Below are positions 60,001 through 64,000 of a stretch of 64,000 nucleotides of DNA, one piece after another. Every line of letters starts with the position of its first letter. Position 1 is the stretch's first letter. Origin of the DNA: Eledone cirrhosa (Eukaryota); the NCBI GenBank assembly GCA_964016885.1, contig OZ024756.1, positions 24,428,001 through 24,492,000 on the forward strand, written 5' to 3'. Under the pieces are notes generated by a model. The model did not search any database. It was given only the letters and a program-made list of their open reading frames with translations, and was not told the DNA's origin. The position numbers and the translations under genes were made by a program.

Positions 60001-62377
60001 GAGACCTGTTCTTGAGTAATTTGGGGCCACTGAGTTTTAAAATGAAAATACTTTTTTTCTATCACATCAAGGTTTTCTATCACATCTTCTGGTTATAGCA
60101 AGAAAACTTAACAGAAAATAAGTTACACAAATCTAGTTTCAGCAATTCCTCCTGTGCTTCTCTCGGATGAAGTACCTGTACCTGTTTACACAGAATTACC
60201 TTCACTGGGAGATAAAAGTGATATATGTGTTTCAGATGAACATCATGAACATAACAGTGATACAGACTTTGTAGATACAGTAACCAAGGAACGTGAAAAG
60301 TTCAACCAGTCAGAACCAAACGATTTAATTAAAGACTCAGGCCTGTCAAAAGAGTTATCAGAACTTCTAGATTTAAAGAGAATATGCTGCAGAAAGAAAC
60401 AAATGTAACTTTTTATCAGAACAGGGAAAAAGATCTCTCAGCATTCTTTAAAACTGAAAAGGATTTTGTCTACTGTTGTGATGTGGCAGGACTGTTAAAA
60501 GTGATGGGTGCCCTACAGTATGATCCTAATGATCATACTGTCGGGCACCCACACATCTTTATAGATGGTTCAAAGAAGAGTCTAAAATGTATATTACTCC
60601 ATAATAGAAACGTGTTAGGTGTAATTCCTATTGTTCAATCTGTGCACTTAAAAGAAAAGCACGAAAACATAAAAACTGTATTAGATTTACTCAAGTATGA
60701 TGAATATAAATGTGACATATGTGTGGATCTGAAAATGATCAACTTTTTACTTGGCCAACAAAGAGGGTATACAAAATATCAGTGTTTCCTGTGTTTATGG
60801 GATAGCGGAGCGGAAGACAAATATTGGGAACAGAAGCATTGGCCAGTTGGAAAAAGTTTGACTGTTGGGGAGAAGAATATCGTACACCAACCACTTGTTG
60901 GGCGAGAGAAAATCATCTTCCCACTCCTTCATATTAAACTAGGACTAATGAACTCAAGAAAGACTTCCAGATGAAATCCATTAAAAAATATTTTTTGCTA
61001 AATTATTAAAGGATGTTCTGTGTTAAGGAAGCGTCTTGTGTGTATATGTGTACCTGTAAATTCTAGTGGAGTTGTAGGGAGTACTATATTAACATATGGT
61101 ATTTCTTGGACATTTAAAAACCTGACAAAGCCCATCCCTCTCCAGGTCTGAATACAGCCAATTTCTTCCAGAGAAAGAGAAATAGAAAGTGAGAGAATGG
61201 AAGTGAGACAGAGATATAGAGAAAGAATTGACTCCAGTACAGATAGGTACTTTTTCTATCAATCTCAAAAGGTTGAAAGGTAAAGTTGAAAGGTAAAGTT
61301 GACCTCAGCAGGATTTGAACTCAAAGAGCAGAAAGCCAGAATGAATACCACAAATAATTCTATCCAATGTTCTAATAACTCTACCAATTTTCCACCTTTA
61401 AGGAATTGTCTCACTCACCTGATACTGGACTGTTTCCTGCATGGCTCCCAAATGAACAGGAATGTGTGGTGCATTAGAAACCAAACCTCCATCAGGACCA
61501 AACAAGGCACAAGAGAAATCCAAGCGTTCCTGAAACAGAAACAGTTAAGCGCACATATATAAAATTGCCTGTTTGTATGAAAGTGTAAAAAAATAACATA
61601 TAATATAACGTATATGGCATGAAAATATTATTTAGTCTGGTAGTAAAATAATTTTTGAGAATAAACTCAGAGTTTAGCTGCATTAAAGATGATCTACAGT
61701 CATCATCACTGCTGCACCTATACTATACTGCATAGAACAATTAAAAATATATATGTAATAAATAAATGATAGAGACCTTGATATTAGTGGAGATTGCAGT
61801 CCGTTGTAAAACTCTAGAAGAAGACAGAAAATAAAATTTTCAGTGACATACATAGTGAATACAGTGATATAAATAATTGTTTCTACTTTTGGCACAAGGC
61901 CAGCAATTATGGCAGTGCATTACTGGTACTTTATTTTATCGACCCTGTAAGGATGAAAGGCAAAGTTAACCTCGGCGGGATTTGAACTCAGTGTAAAAGG
62001 GCGTAACTCTATGCTGCAAAGCATGGTGACCGACCCACTACTGATACTGGCAATCCACTGCTCTACAATGAGATAAATAATAAATATTTTTAACATAAGA
62101 AGGCAGTGAATTGCCAGAGTCACTACGGCATCAGAGTAAAAATGAAAGAATTTTCCCATTCATTCATCCAGTATTATATTACACTAGCTGGCCCTGTGAT
62201 GTAAAAAATGAGTTAAGCGCCACCAACCTTTAATAAAGGGGTGACACCTGCTGTCTAAAAAGAAAAGCAAACTTACCTGCCCATTTGTTCAGCAATGCTC
62301 ATGAATCGATGAGAGAAAATAGACAGTTGGATGGCATCTAACTCAGTACTAACTGTTTTTGTCTTTGAGGAACCAAC
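45826..62377 (-). CDS. OPLAH: 5-oxoprolinase (ATP-hydrolysing), C-terminal 595 aa in 15 exons; the 5' part lies beyond the window
   Basis: Phase-consistent GT-AG exons reconstruct a hydantoinase B/oxoprolinase domain: [24 protein letters not shown], [13 protein letters not shown], [28 protein letters not shown]. Confidence 0.95.
46580..47150. repeat. 170-bp higher-order tandem repeat containing an OPLAH exon end and donor
   Basis: GTCA(C/T)TTACCCCTGCTGTCACA at 46591, 46761, 46931 and 47101. Confidence 0.92.
47110..47207 (-). CDS. OPLAH: OPLAH exon (G)[32 protein letters not shown]
   Basis: Acceptor attacag, donor GGG|GTAAGT. Confidence 0.92.
48091..48251 (-). CDS. OPLAH: OPLAH exon [25 protein letters not shown]...[16 protein letters not shown]
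   Basis: Acceptor tttcag, donor G|GTTTGT. Confidence 0.95.
48560..49228. repeat. 25-bp minisatellite that degenerates leftwards
   Basis: Unit GATATGATATGTTAGTGGAGAGCTA. Confidence 0.92.
49305..49387 (-). CDS. OPLAH: OPLAH exon [27 protein letters not shown](R)
   Basis: Acceptor gtttag, donor AG|GTAAAC. Confidence 0.95.
49870..50592. repeat. 38-bp minisatellite
   Basis: Unit CAACTCCTGGCTGAAGTAAGGGTGCTACCTGTTGGTCA. Confidence 0.95.
50845..50919 (-). CDS. OPLAH: OPLAH exon [25 protein letters not shown]
   Basis: Acceptor ctctcaag, donor GCT|GTGAGT. Confidence 0.95.
51015..52260 (+). mobile_element. Penelope-like retroelement 3' fragment (RT C-terminus, GIY-YIG endonuclease, pLTR-like tail), degraded
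   Basis: [19 protein letters not shown]...[50 protein letters not shown]; frameshifted. Confidence 0.85.
52605..52754 (-). CDS. OPLAH: OPLAH exon [19 protein letters not shown]...[25 protein letters not shown]
   Basis: Acceptor tttcag, donor CAG|GTAGTT. Confidence 0.95.
53022..53156 (-). CDS. OPLAH: OPLAH exon [10 protein letters not shown]...[27 protein letters not shown]
   Basis: Acceptor ctttaaag, donor CAG|GTAAGA. Confidence 0.93.
53679..53825 (-). CDS. OPLAH: OPLAH exon [11 protein letters not shown]...[19 protein letters not shown]
   Basis: Acceptor ctttcag, donor AAG|GTTTGT. Confidence 0.93.
53925..54150. repeat. Diverged tandem repeat with a unit of about 50 bp
   Basis: TGTGGCCATGCTGGGCCACTGCCTTCTTT..TGGTTTCAGTCATTAGA, 4-5 copies. 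Confidence 0.8.
55261..55335 (-). CDS. OPLAH: OPLAH exon [25 protein letters not shown]
   Basis: Acceptor ttgcag, donor CAA|GTAAGA. Confidence 0.93.
56847..56956 (-). CDS. OPLAH: OPLAH exon (A)[36 protein letters not shown]
   Basis: Acceptor ttcttgtag, donor AAG|GTATAT. Confidence 0.93.
57395..57720 (-). mobile_element. Degraded RTE-like LINE C-terminal fragment
   Basis: VLFWKP...[14 protein letters not shown]...MLDRVSWK resembles the extreme C-terminus of RTE ORFs. Confidence 0.55.
58246..58651. repeat. 76-bp tandem repeat (about 5.3 copies) containing an OPLAH exon end and donor
   Basis: CAT(G/C)TACCTTTTTCTTGGAATTTGCCTCCAG at 58317, 58393, 58469, 58545 and 58621. Confidence 0.95.
58628..58802 (-). 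CDS. OPLAH: OPLAH exon [24 protein letters not shown]...GGKFQEK
   Basis: Acceptor cctcag, donor G|GTACAT (phase 1). Confidence 0.93.
58943..59555. repeat. 49-bp minisatellite made from a piggyBac-type MITE terminus
   Basis: Unit GAAATATAGTAATGAAAGGGTTAAAGACATAGGCAGTGTTTTTTCCTTA. Confidence 0.95.
59755..59856 (-). CDS. OPLAH: OPLAH exon [34 protein letters not shown]
   Basis: Acceptor tttcag, donor CCA|GTAAGC. Confidence 0.93.
59959..60975 (+). mobile_element. Truncated DNA transposon with transposase relic, probably Chapaev-like (CMC)
   Basis: [16 protein letters not shown]...HLKEKHEN...[30 protein letters not shown]...[10 protein letters not shown]; frameshifted; putative terminus TTA|CACTG at 59959. 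The superfamily assignment is from memory of the motif. Confidence 0.65.
61419..61529 (-). CDS. OPLAH: OPLAH exon [37 protein letters not shown]
   Basis: Acceptor tttcag, donor CAG|GTGAGT. Confidence 0.95.
61777..61813 (-). CDS. OPLAH: OPLAH 37-nt micro-exon [12 protein letters not shown]
   Basis: Acceptor ttcttctag, GT donor; supplies the conserved peptide between its neighbours in the right phase. Confidence 0.9.
62277..62377 (-). CDS. OPLAH: OPLAH exon [33 protein letters not shown](R)
   Basis: Acceptor ttttag, donor AG|GTAAGT. Confidence 0.92.
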
Positions 62378-62385
62378 CTAAAAGA

Positions 62386-62428
<43 letters not shown>

Positions 62429-62634
62429 GTTGCGAGTTGGTTTAGCAGGAGTCATGAGTGCTAGTTGACATTCGATCTAGGGTGTTTGCTAAGTATTTTG
62501 TGGACTGATTGGGGCAATATCGGAAGATGTGTGCGTGTAAACTTGTCTTGTACATTGCCTTTCTTTATTTTTTTCTTCCAGTCACTTCTGTGTGCCAGCA
62601 CACTTCTCCTTGTCCTCTTCCTCTTTCAATCTTT

Positions 62635-63192
62635 TCTATATTTCATCTGCCTGTCACCCACCCTGTGGATTGTCTCTCTGTTGACCACTGGCTGTTGGTC
62701 TCTGTCCTCTGAGGCATTATATTTCATCTGCCTGTCACCCACCTTGTGGATTGTCTCTGTTGACCACTGGCCACTGGTCTCTGTCTTCTAAGGCATTATA
62801 TTTCATCTGCCTGTCACCCACCTTGTGGATTGTCTCTCTGTTGACCACTGGCCGCTGGTCTCTGTCCTCTGAGGCATTATATTTTGTCTGCCTGTCACCC
62901 ACCTTGTGGATTGTCTCTCTGTTGACCACTGGCCGCTGGTCTCTGCCCTCTGAGGCATTATATTTTGTCTGCCTGTCACCCACCTTGTGGATTGTCTCTC
63001 TGTTGACCACTGGCCGCTGGTCTCTGTCCTCTGAGGCATTATATTTTATCTGCCTGTCACCCACCTTGTGGATTGTCTCTCTGTTGACCACTGGCCGCTG
63101 GTCTCTGTCCTCTGAGGCATTATATTTTATCTGCTTGTCACCCACCTTGTGGATTGTCTCTCTGTTGACCACTGGCCGCTGGTCTCTGTCCT
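62635..63192. repeat. 81-bp minisatellite, about 7 copies
   Basis: Unit ATTTCATCTGCCTGTCACCCACCTTGTGGATTGTCTCTCTGTTGACCACTGGCCGCTGGTCTCTGTCCTCTGAGGCATTAT. Confidence 0.95.
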
Positions 63193-64000
63193 CTCATTTT
63201 TATATGTATTCAAATACACTCTTGCTTTGTCTCAATCAGAGAAAACATTGTTTTTATATATATATTTATATATGTTTAACAGGAATTACGAGTGCAGGTT
63301 GACATTTGGTTTAGGGGGTTTGCACAGAGTTTTGTGAACTAATTGGAGCAATAACGGTCTTATTTACGTATATATAATTAAGGTTAGTTTTCTGAAGGGG
63401 ATTGGAGAGTAGCCACAGATAAATAAGGTACTCAATATGTTAATAGAGAAGAAGCATATTTATTTTATATAAAAATGACTTCTACAGGAGTAGAACTGTT
63501 TCATTTAGAGTTGCTGAAGCATGGAGCAAACTGCCTGCGTCAGTTGTTAGCTGCCGAGACACTGCATCCTTTAAGACACTCATGCTTCCCGAAATACGCC
63601 AAAACTACACCTGATGTACCCCTTCCATACACATGCACACATGTGTGTATCATGACTCGTGCACTGTTCATTTTACTGATGTTTGTGCATTGCCCTATGT
63701 ACTGTACATGTGACTTTTTTGATGAGTTGTGGTGCACCTGGGCACTGTACACAATATTTCATTATTGTTATTATTATTATATCATGACTCATACACTGTT
63801 CATTTTCCTGACATTTGTACATTATTCTATGTACTTTACATGCACCTTTGATGAGTTGTAGTGCACCTGAGCACTGTACACAATAATTTCATTATTATTA
63901 TTATTATCATCATTATTATTATTATTATTTGTATGAAATCATCAGGAATGTCCATGATCAATCAAAGAAACTGAAGATCTATTTACCTGGATTTTCACAT

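Noticed and set aside
62735-63302. 27-aa repeat ORFs on both strands
   Set aside because: An 81-bp intronic minisatellite

Overview
AT-rich, microsatellite- and SINE-laden eukaryotic DNA; the repeat landscape suggests an octopod cephalopod (inference). Two spliced protein-coding genes converge tail-to-tail. (1) On the + strand, a five-exon gene (CDS 15023-35386, about 1191 aa) whose GT-AG junctions all match in phase. It joins a mitochondrial-type presequence, an intact HAD phosphatase domain, a degenerate duplicate HAD domain, a second presequence-like linker and a complete choline dehydrogenase (GMC family) encoded by a single exon. (2) On the - strand, the last 15 exons (595 aa) of 5-oxoprolinase (OPLAH). 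The rest holds tRNA-derived SINEs, RTE/CR1 LINE scraps, a Penelope-like element, a Chapaev-like transposase relic, Helitron-, mariner- and piggyBac-type non-autonomous elements, many minisatellites and a frameshifted intronless SLC26 fragment. The main candidates are the HAD-HAD-choline dehydrogenase fusion (possibly a phosphocholine-to-betaine enzyme or a cleaved mitochondrial tandem protein) and five minimal type I hammerhead ribozyme motifs. Two of these form the arms of a 164-bp palindrome just downstream of the fusion gene. All coordinates were read by eye, and repeat boundaries are approximate.
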